From Candidatus Omnitrophota bacterium (GTDB lineage: Bacteria; Omnitrophota; Gorgyraeia; Gygaellales; Profunditerraquicolaceae), in contig JAUSED010000012.1 in assembly GCA_030650425.1 (NCBI GenBank), forward strand, positions 142,107 through 206,106: a stretch of DNA of 64,000 nt, written 5' to 3'. The position numbers and the translations under genes are program-made. The notes under the pieces were generated by a model that saw nothing but the letters and a program-made list of their open reading frames with translations, was not told where the DNA came from and did no database searches. Shown piece after piece: positions 47,621 through 58,492 of this stretch (the stretch's first letter is position 1; each line of letters starts with the position of its first letter).

Positions 47621-48357
47621 TTACCATAAGAACCGAAAACCTCACCCGTAAATTCGGAACGCTTACTGCCCTTGATTCTCTTAACCTGGAAGTCCAAGAG
47701 GGAGAGATTTTTGGATTAGTTGGCCCGGATGGAGCGGGAAAGTCCACGACGATGCGCCTTTTAACCGGAATCTTAGATCCTACGGAAGGTCAAGCTTGGG
47801 TTTATAACAAGCATACCCAAAGAGAATCCGAGAGCCTGAAAGACCATATTGCCTATATGTCTCAGCGTTTTGGGCTTTATGAAGAACTAAGCGTCTTGGA
47901 AAATATTAATTTTTACGCCGATGTTTATGGTGTGGCAAAAGAAAAGCGTCTTGCGGCTATTGACCGGCTGCTTGGTTTTTCCGGGCTTCTGCCTTTTAAA
48001 GAGCGTTTTGCCGGAAAGCTTTCCGGAGGAATGAAACAGAAGTTAGGCTTGGCCTGCGCCCTTATTCATACCCCCAAGGTTTTATTTCTCGATGAGCCGA
48101 CTAATGGCGTTGACCCGGTCTCTCGCAGGGATTTCTGGAATATACTTTACGACTTACTTAAAGAAAAAGTCACTATATTTTGTTCAACTTGTTATCTTGA
48201 TGAAGCTGAGCGCTGCCGCAGGGTCGGCCTGCTGCACAAGGGAAAACTTTTACGCTGTGATTCACCCGAGAAGATCAAAAAAGAATATCATGCTAAAACT
48301 CTGGAAGAAGCATTTATTACAATAATCAATGAATATGAGCGAGAAGAGCCCAAATAA
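47617..48357 (+). CDS. ABC transporter ATP-binding protein
   Basis: Walker A GPDGAGKST. Signature LSGGMKQK. Walker B LFLDEP. Confidence 0.85.
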   Translation: MITIRTENLTRKFGTLTALDSLNLEVQEGEIFGLVGPDGAGKSTTMRLLTGILDPTEGQAWVYNKHTQRESESLKDHIAYMSQRFGLYEELSVLENINFYADVYGVAKEKRLAAIDRLLGFSGLLPFKERFAGKLSGGMKQKLGLACALIHTPKVLFLDEPTNGVDPVSRRDFWNILYDLLKEKVTIFCSTCYLDEAERCRRVGLLHKGKLLRCDSPEKIKKEYHAKTLEEAFITIINEYEREEPK

Positions 48358-49300
48358 TACCGCAGTCAGTGTCCAGAATCTTGAGAAAAAATTCGGTGAA
48401 TTTACCGCGGTTAACCGGATTAATTTCGAAGTTAAGGAAGGCGAGATTTTTGGATTTCTAGGGCCCAATGGCGCGGGAAAATCAACCACCATTAGGATGC
48501 TCTGTGGAATTATCGCGCCTACTTCGGGAAGCGGTTTAGTCGGCGGCTACGACATTATCAAAGAGCAGTATAAGATCAAGGAGCATATCGGGTATATGTC
48601 GCAAAAATTCTCCCTCTATAACGACTTGACCGTGGAAGAAAATATTAATTTCTATAGCGGTATATATAAAATCCCAAAGAGTGAAAAGAAAGAGCGTTTT
48701 GAGGCGACTATCCATACCGCGGGATTGGAAGGGATGGAGTCGAAACTTACCGCCACCCTTGCCGGCGGCTGGAAGCAGCGCCTGGCCTTAGGTTGCGCGT
48801 TGATCCATAAACCAAGAATTATTTTTTTGGATGAACCGACTTCGGGAGTTGATCCGATCACCCGGGCTAATTTCTGGGGGATTATTAAGAATCTTGCCAG
48901 TCAGGGGGTAACTATTTTTGTGACTACCCATTATATGGATGAGGCGGAAAATTGTAACCGTATGGTTTTGATTTACCATGGTACGATCATCGCTACGGGT
49001 ACGCCGGAGGAGATGAAAACTAGCTGTATGGAGAATGAGCTTCTGGAAATAGTTTTAGCTGATTCACAGAGTTGGCTGGATAAAATAGCTAAAATCGAAG
49101 GAATTAAGGAAGCCGCGCTTTTTGGCGCGACTATCCATGCTGTTGTTTTTGACAGTTCCAAGGCGATTGAGGCAGTCAAAGAATTACTGCAAAAAGAGAA
49201 CGCCGGGGAGTTTAGCGTGAAGAAGATTATGCCTTCGCTGGAAGACGTATTTGTTTGTTCCATAGAAAACTATGATAAGAGAGAGCCTAAGAAGAATTAA
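48329..49300 (+). CDS. ABC transporter ATP-binding protein (second ATPase)
   Basis: Walker A GPNGAGKST. Signature LAGGWKQR. Walker B IFLDEP. Confidence 0.85.
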   Translation: MNMSEKSPNNTAVSVQNLEKKFGEFTAVNRINFEVKEGEIFGFLGPNGAGKSTTIRMLCGIIAPTSGSGLVGGYDIIKEQYKIKEHIGYMSQKFSLYNDLTVEENINFYSGIYKIPKSEKKERFEATIHTAGLEGMESKLTATLAGGWKQRLALGCALIHKPRIIFLDEPTSGVDPITRANFWGIIKNLASQGVTIFVTTHYMDEAENCNRMVLIYHGTIIATGTPEEMKTSCMENELLEIVLADSQSWLDKIAKIEGIKEAALFGATIHAVVFDSSKAIEAVKELLQKENAGEFSVKKIMPSLEDVFVCSIENYDKREPKKN

Positions 49301-50414
49301 GGCCATAGCCTGGAAAGAATTTGTGCAGATTAAGCGCGACCCTCGCAGCTTAGGGCTGGCTTTAGCGATCCCGGTATTCCTCTTATTGATTTTCGGTTAT
49401 GGGCTTTCTTTAGATATAGACCACGTGGCTACGGTTGTCTGGAATCAGGACGCCTCCAGTGTACTCACCCGTAATTTCCTGCTTAATTTTAAGAATTCCA
49501 AATATTTTAAAATAACCGGCTACACCGATAACTACCGGGATATACAGAGGATGATTGACAGCGGAGAAGTAATGCTGGCTTTAGTCATACCTAAAGATTT
49601 TTCCCATGATCTTGAATCCGGTAAGCCTGCGCCTTTACAATTGATTGTCGATGGAAGCGATGCGAATACCGCCACCATTGCCATGGGCTATGTGCGTTCG
49701 GTTATCTCCAGCTACAATGTAAACCTGTTAATCGATACTTTTGCCGCGCATGGAGTTAAGCCTCCTCAAACAGTAGATGCCCGTTCAAGAGTCTGGTTTA
49801 ATATGGGCCTCGTGAGTACCTGGTTTATTGTACCCGGGGTGATCGCCATGATTATTATGATTATTGCGGCATTGCTTACCTCTATTTGCATTGCCCGGGA
49901 ATGGGAGCGGGGGACAATGGAGCAACTAATCTCTACTCCGGTAAAATCCCCGGAACTGGTTTTTGGTAAATTTATACCTTATTTCGCCATCGGTTTTTTC
50001 GACCTTACGGTAGGAGTATTAATGTCCAAATTTTTGTTTGGCGTTCCCTTTAGAGGAAATTATTTCTTATTTATTACCTTAAGCGCTCTCTTTTTAACCG
50101 GCGCCTTATCGCAGGGGATCTACATATCTGTAGTCGCCCGGAGCCAGTTAATGGCCAGTCAATTAGCCAGTCTTACTACTCTTATACCGACTTTGCTTCT
50201 TTCTGGGTTTATCTATCCTATTTTCAATATGCCGAAGTTAGTTCAGGGGATCACTTATTTTATTCCGGCGCGCTATTATATTGTTGTATTAAGGGAAATA
50301 TTCCTTAAAGGCGGCACGATTAATACTTTGTGGGATGAAGCGCTTTTTTTATTTTTATTTGCTTTTTTAATGTTGGGTTTAGCAGTAAGAAGATTTAGAA
50401 AGAAGGTAGCTTAG
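49272..50414 (+). CDS. ABC-2 family transporter permease
   Basis: N-terminal TM helix, a large periplasmic loop, and five C-terminal TM helices. Confidence 0.8.
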   Translation: MIRESLRRIKAIAWKEFVQIKRDPRSLGLALAIPVFLLLIFGYGLSLDIDHVATVVWNQDASSVLTRNFLLNFKNSKYFKITGYTDNYRDIQRMIDSGEVMLALVIPKDFSHDLESGKPAPLQLIVDGSDANTATIAMGYVRSVISSYNVNLLIDTFAAHGVKPPQTVDARSRVWFNMGLVSTWFIVPGVIAMIIMIIAALLTSICIAREWERGTMEQLISTPVKSPELVFGKFIPYFAIGFFDLTVGVLMSKFLFGVPFRGNYFLFITLSALFLTGALSQGIYISVVARSQLMASQLASLTTLIPTLLLSGFIYPIFNMPKLVQGITYFIPARYYIVVLREIFLKGGTINTLWDEALFLFLFAFLMLGLAVRRFRKKVA

Positions 50415-50415
50415 C

Positions 50416-51543
50416 ATGTTTGAGCGGGCAAAGGCGATACTGGTAAAAGAATTCAAGCAGATCTTCCGCGACCCACGAATGAAGACCGTGATTTTTATCA
50501 CTCCGCTTATCCAGATCATCCTCTTTGGTTATGCCGCGAATAAAGATATTACCTACGTTCCAACAGCTGTTTACGATAAGGATAATACCAAAGAGAGCCG
50601 CGAACTCCTGCGCAGGTTCACTTATTCCAAATATTTTGTTCCTGAACATTATATCTTTAGCGATCAAGAGCAAAATAAAGTTTTGGATAGGGGGCAGGTG
50701 AACGTGGTGATCCATATTGACCGGGGTTTTGGCCGCGCATTATCCGCCGGTAAAGACGCATCCATTCAGCTTGCCTTTGACGGCACAGATTCAAATACGG
50801 CGATGATTGTGATGGGTTATGCCAATACGATAGTCAGTGATTACCAGTATGATTTATTGAAGCAGCAGGCAGAAGTAAGCGGCTGGCTGAATAGCGCGCC
50901 AAGCGTAGATTTAAGGGATCGCGCCTGGTTTAACGGAAATCTTATCTCCAGAAATTATTATCTGCCGGGAGTAATCGCTACAATCGTGACGATGATGTCG
51001 CTTTTGTTGACGGCGATGGCCATCGTTAAAGAAAAAGAGATCGGCACGATGGAGCAATTGATTGTTAGCCCAATCAGGCCAATCGAGCTTATTATAGGGA
51101 AACTTCTTCCTTTTGGGGTAATCGCGCTTATTCAGATTACCTTGATTACCGTCTTGGGAGTACTCTGGTTTCATATACCGTTAAGAGGGAATCTGTTTTT
51201 GTTGCTTTTTTCAACCTGTATATATTTATTTACCACATTAGGGATAGGCCTGGCTATTTCCACAATATCCGCTACCCAGCAGGAAGCAATGATGTCAGTT
51301 TTTCTTTTTTATATGCCGGCCGTTTTACTCTCAGGGTTTGCCTATCCGATAGCTAATATGCCGCAGGTGATCCAGTGGTTTACTTTCTTGAATCCTTTAC
51401 GTTATTTTCTGGTGGTGATCAGAAGTATTTTCTTAAAAGGTGTAGGGATGGAAGTCCTTTGGGAGCAGCTTATTCCGTTGTTGATCATGGGTATGGTTGT
51501 GATTGCCTCGAGCACGCTTAAATTCCGTAGAAGTTTGGGGTAG
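50416..51543 (+). CDS. ABC-2 family transporter permease (paralog)
   Basis: Same architecture as the ORF at 49272. Confidence 0.8.
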   Translation: MFERAKAILVKEFKQIFRDPRMKTVIFITPLIQIILFGYAANKDITYVPTAVYDKDNTKESRELLRRFTYSKYFVPEHYIFSDQEQNKVLDRGQVNVVIHIDRGFGRALSAGKDASIQLAFDGTDSNTAMIVMGYANTIVSDYQYDLLKQQAEVSGWLNSAPSVDLRDRAWFNGNLISRNYYLPGVIATIVTMMSLLLTAMAIVKEKEIGTMEQLIVSPIRPIELIIGKLLPFGVIALIQITLITVLGVLWFHIPLRGNLFLLLFSTCIYLFTTLGIGLAISTISATQQEAMMSVFLFYMPAVLLSGFAYPIANMPQVIQWFTFLNPLRYFLVVIRSIFLKGVGMEVLWEQLIPLLIMGMVVIASSTLKFRRSLG

Positions 51544-51643
51544 AAAAAAGTCAGAAGATAGCGGATTTAGCCGATTTAATAATATTAAAGGATAGCTAAG
51601 ATGTTATTGTTAGTAACAGTGTCAAAACAAAAAGGAGGATGGT

Positions 51644-51940
51644 ATGTGTATGGAAACGCAGGGGGGGACTTATGCTTTAGTGCATGCGGTGGTGTTGTTA
51701 GCCGTAAGTTTTTTTGTCTTGTTGGCTACCATTAAAAACGATTCCAAGGCGCTAAAAACATTTGGATACGCCATCGCAGTTCTGTTATGGCTTTCTGCGG
51801 CGCTGGTCTTTGGTAAAAGTATGGCAAGCCGTCATTGCGGAATGGGCAAAATGCATATGATGGGAGGCAAGGAATGCGGCTCGATGATGGGCAAGGAGAT
51901 GATGGGGCATAAAATGGAAAATCTTGCGCCAGCCAAGTAA
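51644..51940 (+). CDS. Small membrane protein with a Met/His-rich C-terminal tail, a candidate soft-metal (Cu/Ag)-binding protein
   Basis: Two TM helices, then MGKMHMMGGKECGSMMGKEMMGHKM. SD aaaggagg. Confidence 0.45.
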   Translation: MCMETQGGTYALVHAVVLLAVSFFVLLATIKNDSKALKTFGYAIAVLLWLSAALVFGKSMASRHCGMGKMHMMGGKECGSMMGKEMMGHKMENLAPAK

Positions 51941-51957
51941 AAATAGCGCGCTCAGGG

Positions 51958-52059
51958 CGCGCGCTCAGGGGACACTTTCCGTCAGGGTGATAATGGTACT
52001 CTCAAAAGGAAAGTGTCCCCTGACAGTACCCTGACAGTAAGGAAAGTGTCCCCTTCTGT
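51958..52059. repeat. Intergenic hairpin element, copy 2 (GGGGACACTTTCC … GGAAAGTGTCCCC x2)
   Basis: Near-identical to 8261-8347. Preceded by a direct repeat gcgctcaggg x2. Confidence 0.5.
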
Positions 52060-52121
52060 CCCTCCAAAACCCAGCCCAGAATATTCTTGATGAATTAAGT
52101 TATTATGTTTATAATAAAACA

Positions 52122-52823
52122 ATGACTATAAGCAGGGAATCGATCAAAATAATCATTGTTTCAGTTTTTTTCTACTCCTGCGTCTTTTTCTGCTCCAGGT
52201 TTTCTTTTGCGGCGCAGGAGGCATTGGAAATAATCTCCTATGAGATAAAACCCATAGGTACCTGCGAGTATCAGGATTTCGGACCCATAGAATTCCAGGG
52301 AAAAAAAGCAAATTTAATAATTTTTAAGACGCTTGTTACGGGGTTTAAGGATAAAGAAGTGATTATTAGCGAACCGCAGAAGCGCCTGCCCATCCTGGTC
52401 CGGCGCGACATCTCTATATTATTTCATAAAGAAAATATCACCGAAGAATATTTTCCATCGAAAAATAGTTTTAAGCTGACTAAATTCGAAGGCGGTAAGA
52501 AGGTTGAAGAATATTACGTAAAAGGAAATGGCCCTATACAAAATGCGATTCTCATGCCTTTTTCTTTGCGCGGCAATTCGGAACTAAAGGTAGGGAGCTC
52601 ATTTAAGGTAATCTTACCCGGAGAATACACGGTAAAGTTATCCTCTATCGAAGAGGTCACTGTTCCGGCCGGTAAATTTAAGACATACCATTTTACCAGT
52701 ACGCCCGAGAAATTCGAGATCTGGATTAGCGCCGATGATTTAAGGATCCCGGTTAAAATCAAAGGGCTGGGAGCCTTTCCTTACACTATGGAGATGAAGA
52801 GCCGCGTGGCTAAACAAAGGTAA
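52122..52823 (+). CDS. Secreted protein of unknown function
   Basis: Signal peptide. No recognisable motif. Confidence 0.45.
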   Translation: MTISRESIKIIIVSVFFYSCVFFCSRFSFAAQEALEIISYEIKPIGTCEYQDFGPIEFQGKKANLIIFKTLVTGFKDKEVIISEPQKRLPILVRRDISILFHKENITEEYFPSKNSFKLTKFEGGKKVEEYYVKGNGPIQNAILMPFSLRGNSELKVGSSFKVILPGEYTVKLSSIEEVTVPAGKFKTYHFTSTPEKFEIWISADDLRIPVKIKGLGAFPYTMEMKSRVAKQR

Positions 52824-52831
52824 GCCAAGAT

Positions 52832-53305
52832 TTGAAACTCAAGATTAAAAAAATATTTTTAAAACTTATCCTTGAAAACAGCACGCCCGGAGGCATTGCT
52901 TTGGGCGCGTCTATCGGAGCTTTCATCGCTGTCCTGCCGGTCTACGGCTTGCATACCGTCTTGGTGGTTATCGCCGCGATAATTGTGCCTCCTGCTAATA
53001 AAGTTGCTATCTTTCTGGGAACGAATATTTCTCTTTTGCCAACCCTGCCTTTTATAACTTGGGCAGGTTATGAATTAGGCAGGCTTATCTTGTGGGGGAA
53101 ATTTGACCCTTTAACTTGGTCGGATTTAAAAAATATTAATTTCCAAAAGATTGCCTGCTACTATCAGCCGTTATTTTTAGGAAGTATTGTCTTAGGGCTT
53201 ATTTGCGCGATAATCGTCTATTTCATTACCTTATTTACGGTAAAAGGAATCAGGGGAAGAAGAGGAGATGGCCGAAAAGCCGGTAGTAAAGATAAGGAAA
53301 TTTGA
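52832..53305 (+). CDS. DUF2062-family membrane protein (TTG start)
   Basis: GGIALGASIGAFIAVLPVYGLHTVLVV…NK pattern typical of DUF2062. Confidence 0.55.
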   Translation: MKLKIKKIFLKLILENSTPGGIALGASIGAFIAVLPVYGLHTVLVVIAAIIVPPANKVAIFLGTNISLLPTLPFITWAGYELGRLILWGKFDPLTWSDLKNINFQKIACYYQPLFLGSIVLGLICAIIVYFITLFTVKGIRGRRGDGRKAGSKDKEI

Positions 53306-53933
53306 AAGCCGGGATAAAGGAGCAGTAAGAAGGATTTTTTATGATACTGCGTTTATCGGTGAACCTGCGTCGGCATTCTTCGAAGGCCGGGATGCCATTA
53401 GCGATGCCCTGACCGCGTACTTTACGGATTATGAGCCGCAGTCTTGCTTTGTTGCCGAAGCCGGAGAGGAAGTCGTAGGCTCTCTTGTCGGGACCAAAGA
53501 CAAAGCTGCCGCAGAGAAGATTTTTAGTGATAAGATTGCCCCCGGCCTATTTTGCAAAGCTTTTAGAGAAGGTCTGTTTTTAAAAAAGAAGAATATTATT
53601 TTTCTTGGCTGGTGCATTTTGGATGCCCTAAAAGGCAGATTCATTACTCCGGATTTTACGCGAGAATATCCCGCTTCTTTGCATATCAATGTAAGCAGGG
53701 GGTTCCGTGGAGAAAAGATCGGCTCCGGGCTGATGAAGAACTATCTAGATTACCTTCAGCATGAAAAAGTCAGAGGGGTGCATTTAGCCACTATGTCTAG
53801 TGCAACTGCGAATTTTTTTACCGGCCTTGGCTTTAAGTTATTACATACCAGCGTAAGGTCGTATTTTCGGCATATTCTGCATCAGGATGTACCGCTTTAT
53901 ATTTTCGGAATGAAGTTGCTTAGTTTAAAGTAA
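53268..53933 (+). CDS. Putative GNAT-like acyltransferase
   Basis: Weak GNAT-like core (…VVGSLVG…). Low certainty. Confidence 0.35.
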   Translation: MAEKPVVKIRKFESRDKGAVRRIFYDTAFIGEPASAFFEGRDAISDALTAYFTDYEPQSCFVAEAGEEVVGSLVGTKDKAAAEKIFSDKIAPGLFCKAFREGLFLKKKNIIFLGWCILDALKGRFITPDFTREYPASLHINVSRGFRGEKIGSGLMKNYLDYLQHEKVRGVHLATMSSATANFFTGLGFKLLHTSVRSYFRHILHQDVPLYIFGMKLLSLK

Positions 53934-53950
53934 GAAAGTAGGGGGTTATT

Positions 53951-54643
53951 ATGGAACTAATCAGTAATATATTTGAGAACATTATTCATCTCGACAGACA
54001 CTTGGATGTCGTAATCAATGTTCTGGGTAATTGGTCGTATTTATTGATTTTTGTAATAGTTTTTTGCGAAACCGGATTAGTGGTAACGCCTTTTCTTCCG
54101 GGAGATTCTCTGCTCTTTGTGGTTGGGGCGGTTAGCGCTAAAGGGGATTTCGACCTTTTTTGGGTTTTTTTGATTTTATCCGGCGCGGCTATCATTGGCG
54201 ATAGCGTAAATTACAGTTTCGGAAAGATTTTCGGTAAAAGAATCCTCCTTAGAAGCAGTCATCGCTTGATCAAAAAAGAACATATTGACCGTACGCACAA
54301 ATTTTTTGAGAAATACGGAGGCAAGACCATCATTATAGCCAGATTTGTCCCGGTGGTGCGCACCTTTGCGCCGTTTGTCGCGGGGATAGGGAGCATGAGC
54401 TATTACAAGTTCTTTATTTATAATGTTAGCGGAGCTTTATTATGGGTGGCTATTTTTGTCTTCGGAGGATATTATTTTGGGAATATTCCTCTTATTAAGG
54501 AGAATTTTTTAATCACTATATTAGCGATGATGTTGGTTTCTTTTTTACCGATCGTGATTGAAGTGTGCAGGCATCGCAAGAGTAAGAAAGAATCGCTTAG
54601 CCAAGGCTCTACGATTAGTCAGGTTGAATCCGAGCTGCCTTAA
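53951..54643 (+). CDS. DedA/VTT-family membrane protein
   Basis: FCETGLVVTPFLPGDSLLFVVGA motif. Confidence 0.8.
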   Translation: MELISNIFENIIHLDRHLDVVINVLGNWSYLLIFVIVFCETGLVVTPFLPGDSLLFVVGAVSAKGDFDLFWVFLILSGAAIIGDSVNYSFGKIFGKRILLRSSHRLIKKEHIDRTHKFFEKYGGKTIIIARFVPVVRTFAPFVAGIGSMSYYKFFIYNVSGALLWVAIFVFGGYYFGNIPLIKENFLITILAMMLVSFLPIVIEVCRHRKSKKESLSQGSTISQVESELP

Positions 54644-54845
54644 GCCTTGGGGGAGTGACGGGGAGAAGATGCCGTCTTTGGTAGTGGTTTCAAAGTGGAA
54701 AAAAGTCAAAGATTAGCGGAAAATTGAAATTGGCAGGATTCAATTTTAGAGATAAAATAATTTGTTTTTGATGAAAAGAATCAGGCGCTTATAACTTTAT
54801 TATTTTCTGATAAAAAGGTTCTCGTAAACGAGAAAGGAGCAAACT

Positions 54846-55292
54846 GTGTGTAAAAAACTGCTTAGCACGGATGCGGATATTTCGGCATTTATCCTTAGGC
54901 TGATGCTTGGAATTGTATTTTTTCCACACGGTGCTCAGAAAGTGCTCGGTTGGTTCGGCGGCCACGGTTTAAGCGCGACCTTGGCGGCTTTTACCGATAA
55001 AATGCACATACCTTTTATCTTCGCGCTCTTGGCCGTGATGGCCGAGTCTATCGGAGCGGTCGCCTTGATTATCGGGTTTTTTACCCGTTTGGCGGCTTTG
55101 GGTATCGCGGTAGTGATGGCCGTAGCCATCTATATGGTACATGGCCGCTTCGGTTTTTTTATGAATTGGTCCGGGGCGCAAAAGGGGGAAGGTATTGAAT
55201 ATCATCTTTTGGCTATGGCCATAGCTATAACGTTGATCATTAAAGGCGCCGGTTCATTTTCAATTGACAGAAAGATCTCCAAGAAGTTATAA
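54846..55292 (+). CDS. DoxX-family membrane protein
   Basis: LRLMLGIVFFPHGAQKVLGWFGG motif. Four TM helices. Confidence 0.75.
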   Translation: MCKKLLSTDADISAFILRLMLGIVFFPHGAQKVLGWFGGHGLSATLAAFTDKMHIPFIFALLAVMAESIGAVALIIGFFTRLAALGIAVVMAVAIYMVHGRFGFFMNWSGAQKGEGIEYHLLAMAIAITLIIKGAGSFSIDRKISKKL

Positions 55293-55342
55293 TAAAATGG
55301 CATTTATCACATCTGCGCGGCGCAGATGGGCAGGAGAGGAAT

Positions 55343-56098
55343 ATGGCGGATAAAATATTAATCGTTGATGATGATGATGATTTGCGGAGCGAATTAGCCA
55401 GCTTTCTCGATGGTTACGAAGTTGTAGAGGCGCGTAACGGAGAAGAGGCCTTAAAGATCCTGAAGCGGGCTAACGAAATCGGCCTGGTGATTTTGGATGT
55501 GTTGATGCCGGGCATAAACGGATTGGATGTCTTAGCCGAGATTAAGAAGGATAATCCCGCGTTAAAGACGGTTATCTTGACCGGTCATAGTTCAAAAGAT
55601 ACTGCCATCGAAGCCTTAAAAAGCCGCGCGGATGATTATATCGAGAAACCAATATTTGTTGACAAAATTAAAGAGATCGTTGAGAAATTCATGGAGAAAG
55701 GGGGAGGGGCTGATCTTAACCCTCTTGATTTAAAGGCTAAGATTGAGAAAGTAAAGCGTTTTGTGGAAAGAAATTGCTACAAAAAAACTACTCTCCAAGA
55801 GGCGGCTAAATCCATCTATCTTAGCCCGAAATATTTAAGCCGGATATTTAAGCAAGAGGCGGGGATGGGCTTTAGCGAGTATAAATTAAGTATAAAAATA
55901 GCCAAAGCTAGAGAGCTTTTAGTTAAAACCGCGCTCAACGTGAACCAGATCTCCGATAGATTGGGTTACGAGAATGCCGAATCTTTCATCAGGCAATTTA
56001 AGAAATTTACCAAGCAGACCCCTACCGAATACCGCAAGAAAACCCGAGGGAAGAAAACCCGGGGAAAACCCAGATTAAAATATGGCCGAAAGAGATAA
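55343..56098 (+). CDS. Response regulator with a receiver domain and an AraC-type HTH
   Basis: ILIVDDDDDL…VILDVLMPG receiver. AraC HTH (…NVNQISDRLGYENAESFIRQFKK…). Confidence 0.8.
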   Translation: MADKILIVDDDDDLRSELASFLDGYEVVEARNGEEALKILKRANEIGLVILDVLMPGINGLDVLAEIKKDNPALKTVILTGHSSKDTAIEALKSRADDYIEKPIFVDKIKEIVEKFMEKGGGADLNPLDLKAKIEKVKRFVERNCYKKTTLQEAAKSIYLSPKYLSRIFKQEAGMGFSEYKLSIKIAKARELLVKTALNVNQISDRLGYENAESFIRQFKKFTKQTPTEYRKKTRGKKTRGKPRLKYGRKR

Positions 56099-56142
56099 AA
56101 ATAAGCTATCCACATCATCATATAATTATATCTAGGATTATT

Positions 56143-58035
56143 ATGCCTATAAGATTAAAGCTCACGATTATGTTTTTGGCAGTTGCCTTGGCTCCCTTGC
56201 TCCTGATCAGTTTTTTAACCTTTAATAATTATAAAGATTCCCTGAAGGATACGCGTATTTCGTATCTGCAGAATCTTACCGCCTTTAAGGCGGATAAAAT
56301 AGAAACATACTTTGCCCGGTTAAAGGAAGAAATTGAAATAGCCCAAGCCTTTTACAATATTAAGAAAAACCTTCCTATATTAATTCAGTTTGTTCGGGAA
56401 CCGGATAATCCAGAATTTATTGCAGCAAAAAAAATACTGGATGAACAATTACAGCGGATGCAGTCAATTTTAGGCCTTTTTGATATTATGCTGGTTAATC
56501 CTGATGGGAGGATTGTTTACTCAAGTAATCCCAAGCATTACCCAAAAGACCTGCTGCATTTACTTCACGACCCTCAGCAAAAGGCCTTTACAGAAGGCAG
56601 AAATAAAGTCTATTTTTCAGATTTGTTTCGCAACAACGGTGAGGGGAATCGGCTGGGAATGTTAATTACTGCTCCGGTTTTTGATCTTGATAACGCGTTT
56701 ATCGGTGAAGTTGTTTTCGAAATAGATATGGAGTCTATTTCTGACCTGATGCAAGATGTAAGCGGTTTAGGCAATACAGGGGAAACTCTCGTGGGCAAGA
56801 AGATAGGTAGCGAAATACTATTTTTAAATCCCCTGAGGCATGATCCGGATGCGGCTTTGAAAAGGCGTGTGGCTATTGGTGATAAAATTGGTTTTGGCAT
56901 ACAAGAAGCTAGCCAAGGTAAAAGCGGTACCGGCCAGTTCATTGATTATCGCGGTAAGCAGGTTATCGGAGCCTTTAGGTATATTCCTTCTTTAGATTGG
57001 GGCTTGGTGGCTAAAATGGACACAGATGAAGCCTTCGTTGATATAACAAATTTAAAAAGACTGGTAATTATCAGCCTCATTATTATTTTTGTGTTTAGTG
57101 CTATAATGGCATTTTCTGTTGCCCAGTCTATCTCCGGGCCGATAAAAAAGCTAACCAAAGGAGCGGAGGAAGTCGGAAGAGGGAATTTAGATTATAAAGT
57201 CGGGACGGATTTAAAGGATGAGATTGGACAGCTTTCAAGGTCTTTTGACAAGATGACACAGGACTTAAAAAAGGTAACTACATCGCGCGACAAATTAGAC
57301 AGAGAAGTAGTTGAACGTAAGAAGGCGGAAGAGTCGCTTAAGCGCTCCAATGAAAATTTAGAGCAGTTTGCCTATGTGGCTTCACATGACCTTCAGGAAC
57401 CTTTGAGGATGATGGCCAGTTATTCAGAGCTTCTGGAGAGGCGCTATAAGCATAAGTTGGATAAGGATGCGGATGAATTTATAAGCTATATTGTTGATGG
57501 CGCTAAGCGTCTGCAAGGATTAATCAATGACCTTTTGGCATATTCCCGGATAGGCCGGATAGATAAGCCCGCTAACGAGTTTGATTGTAATCTAGTTTTG
57601 AATAGAGTCCTTGCCGGCATGGCTAAAACGATAGAAGAAAATAAGGCAATAATAACCCATGATAACCTTCCGCAGTTAGTTGGAAACGAGAATAGTTTTG
57701 TCCATTTATTCCAGAATCTTATAGGTAATGCCATAAAATTCCACGCTGAAGAAACTCCGTATATCCATATTAGCGCCAAGAAACAGGATAGTGAGTGGGT
57801 ATTTTCCGTAAAGGATAATGGCATAGGTATAGAACCGCAGTATAAAGAGCGCATTTTTCTGATCTTTCAGCGCCTGCACGCAAGGGATAAATATTCCGGA
57901 ACAGGCATAGGGCTTTCCATATGTAAAAAGATAATCGAAACCCAGGGCGGCAGGATATGGGTGGAATCTGAAACGGACAAAGGTTCCACTTTCTATTTTA
58001 CGGTTCCCGTAAAGGAAGGAGTTAGATATGGCTAA
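56143..58035 (+). CDS. Sensor histidine kinase: Cache periplasmic domain, HAMP, HisKA, HATPase
   Basis: TM-Cache-TM-HAMP. H-box [10 protein letters not shown]-boxes DNGIGI and [12 protein letters not shown]. Confidence 0.85.
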   Translation: MPIRLKLTIMFLAVALAPLLLISFLTFNNYKDSLKDTRISYLQNLTAFKADKIETYFARLKEEIEIAQAFYNIKKNLPILIQFVREPDNPEFIAAKKILDEQLQRMQSILGLFDIMLVNPDGRIVYSSNPKHYPKDLLHLLHDPQQKAFTEGRNKVYFSDLFRNNGEGNRLGMLITAPVFDLDNAFIGEVVFEIDMESISDLMQDVSGLGNTGETLVGKKIGSEILFLNPLRHDPDAALKRRVAIGDKIGFGIQEASQGKSGTGQFIDYRGKQVIGAFRYIPSLDWGLVAKMDTDEAFVDITNLKRLVIISLIIIFVFSAIMAFSVAQSISGPIKKLTKGAEEVGRGNLDYKVGTDLKDEIGQLSRSFDKMTQDLKKVTTSRDKLDREVVERKKAEESLKRSNENLEQFAYVASHDLQEPLRMMASYSELLERRYKHKLDKDADEFISYIVDGAKRLQGLINDLLAYSRIGRIDKPANEFDCNLVLNRVLAGMAKTIEENKAIITHDNLPQLVGNENSFVHLFQNLIGNAIKFHAEETPYIHISAKKQDSEWVFSVKDNGIGIEPQYKERIFLIFQRLHARDKYSGTGIGLSICKKIIETQGGRIWVESETDKGSTFYFTVPVKEGVRYG

Positions 58036-58480
58036 CGGCAGCTGTTTTCAAACTGTGGAGATTCTATTAGTGGAAGATAATCCTGCGGATGTGCGCTTGA
58101 CTACAGAAGCGCTTAAAGAAGAGAAGTTCTGTAATAATTTACACGTTGTTAATGACGGAGTAGAGGCGATGGCCTTCCTGCGTAAGGAAGGTAAGTTTGC
58201 CAAGGCCGTAAGGCCCGACCTTATCTTGCTGGATTTAAATCTTCCGAAGAAAGACGGCCGCGAAGTGTTGAAGGAGATAAAGGAAGATAATGAATTAAAA
58301 AATATACCGGTAGTAATATTAACGGTATCAAAATCAGAGGAAGATATATTAAAATCCTACAATTTACACGCGAATTGTTATATCAGCAAGCCCGTAGACC
58401 TTGCGCAGTTTATGAAAATAGCAAGGTCTATTCAGGAATTCTGGCTAACCATAGTTAAATTGCCTCCTAAAAGCCGTTAG
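58028..58480 (+). CDS. Stand-alone response-regulator receiver protein
   Basis: [10 protein letters not shown]…LILLDLNLP motif. Confidence 0.8.
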   Translation: MANGSCFQTVEILLVEDNPADVRLTTEALKEEKFCNNLHVVNDGVEAMAFLRKEGKFAKAVRPDLILLDLNLPKKDGREVLKEIKEDNELKNIPVVILTVSKSEEDILKSYNLHANCYISKPVDLAQFMKIARSIQEFWLTIVKLPPKSR

Positions 58481-58492
58481 GAAATATAGTTT

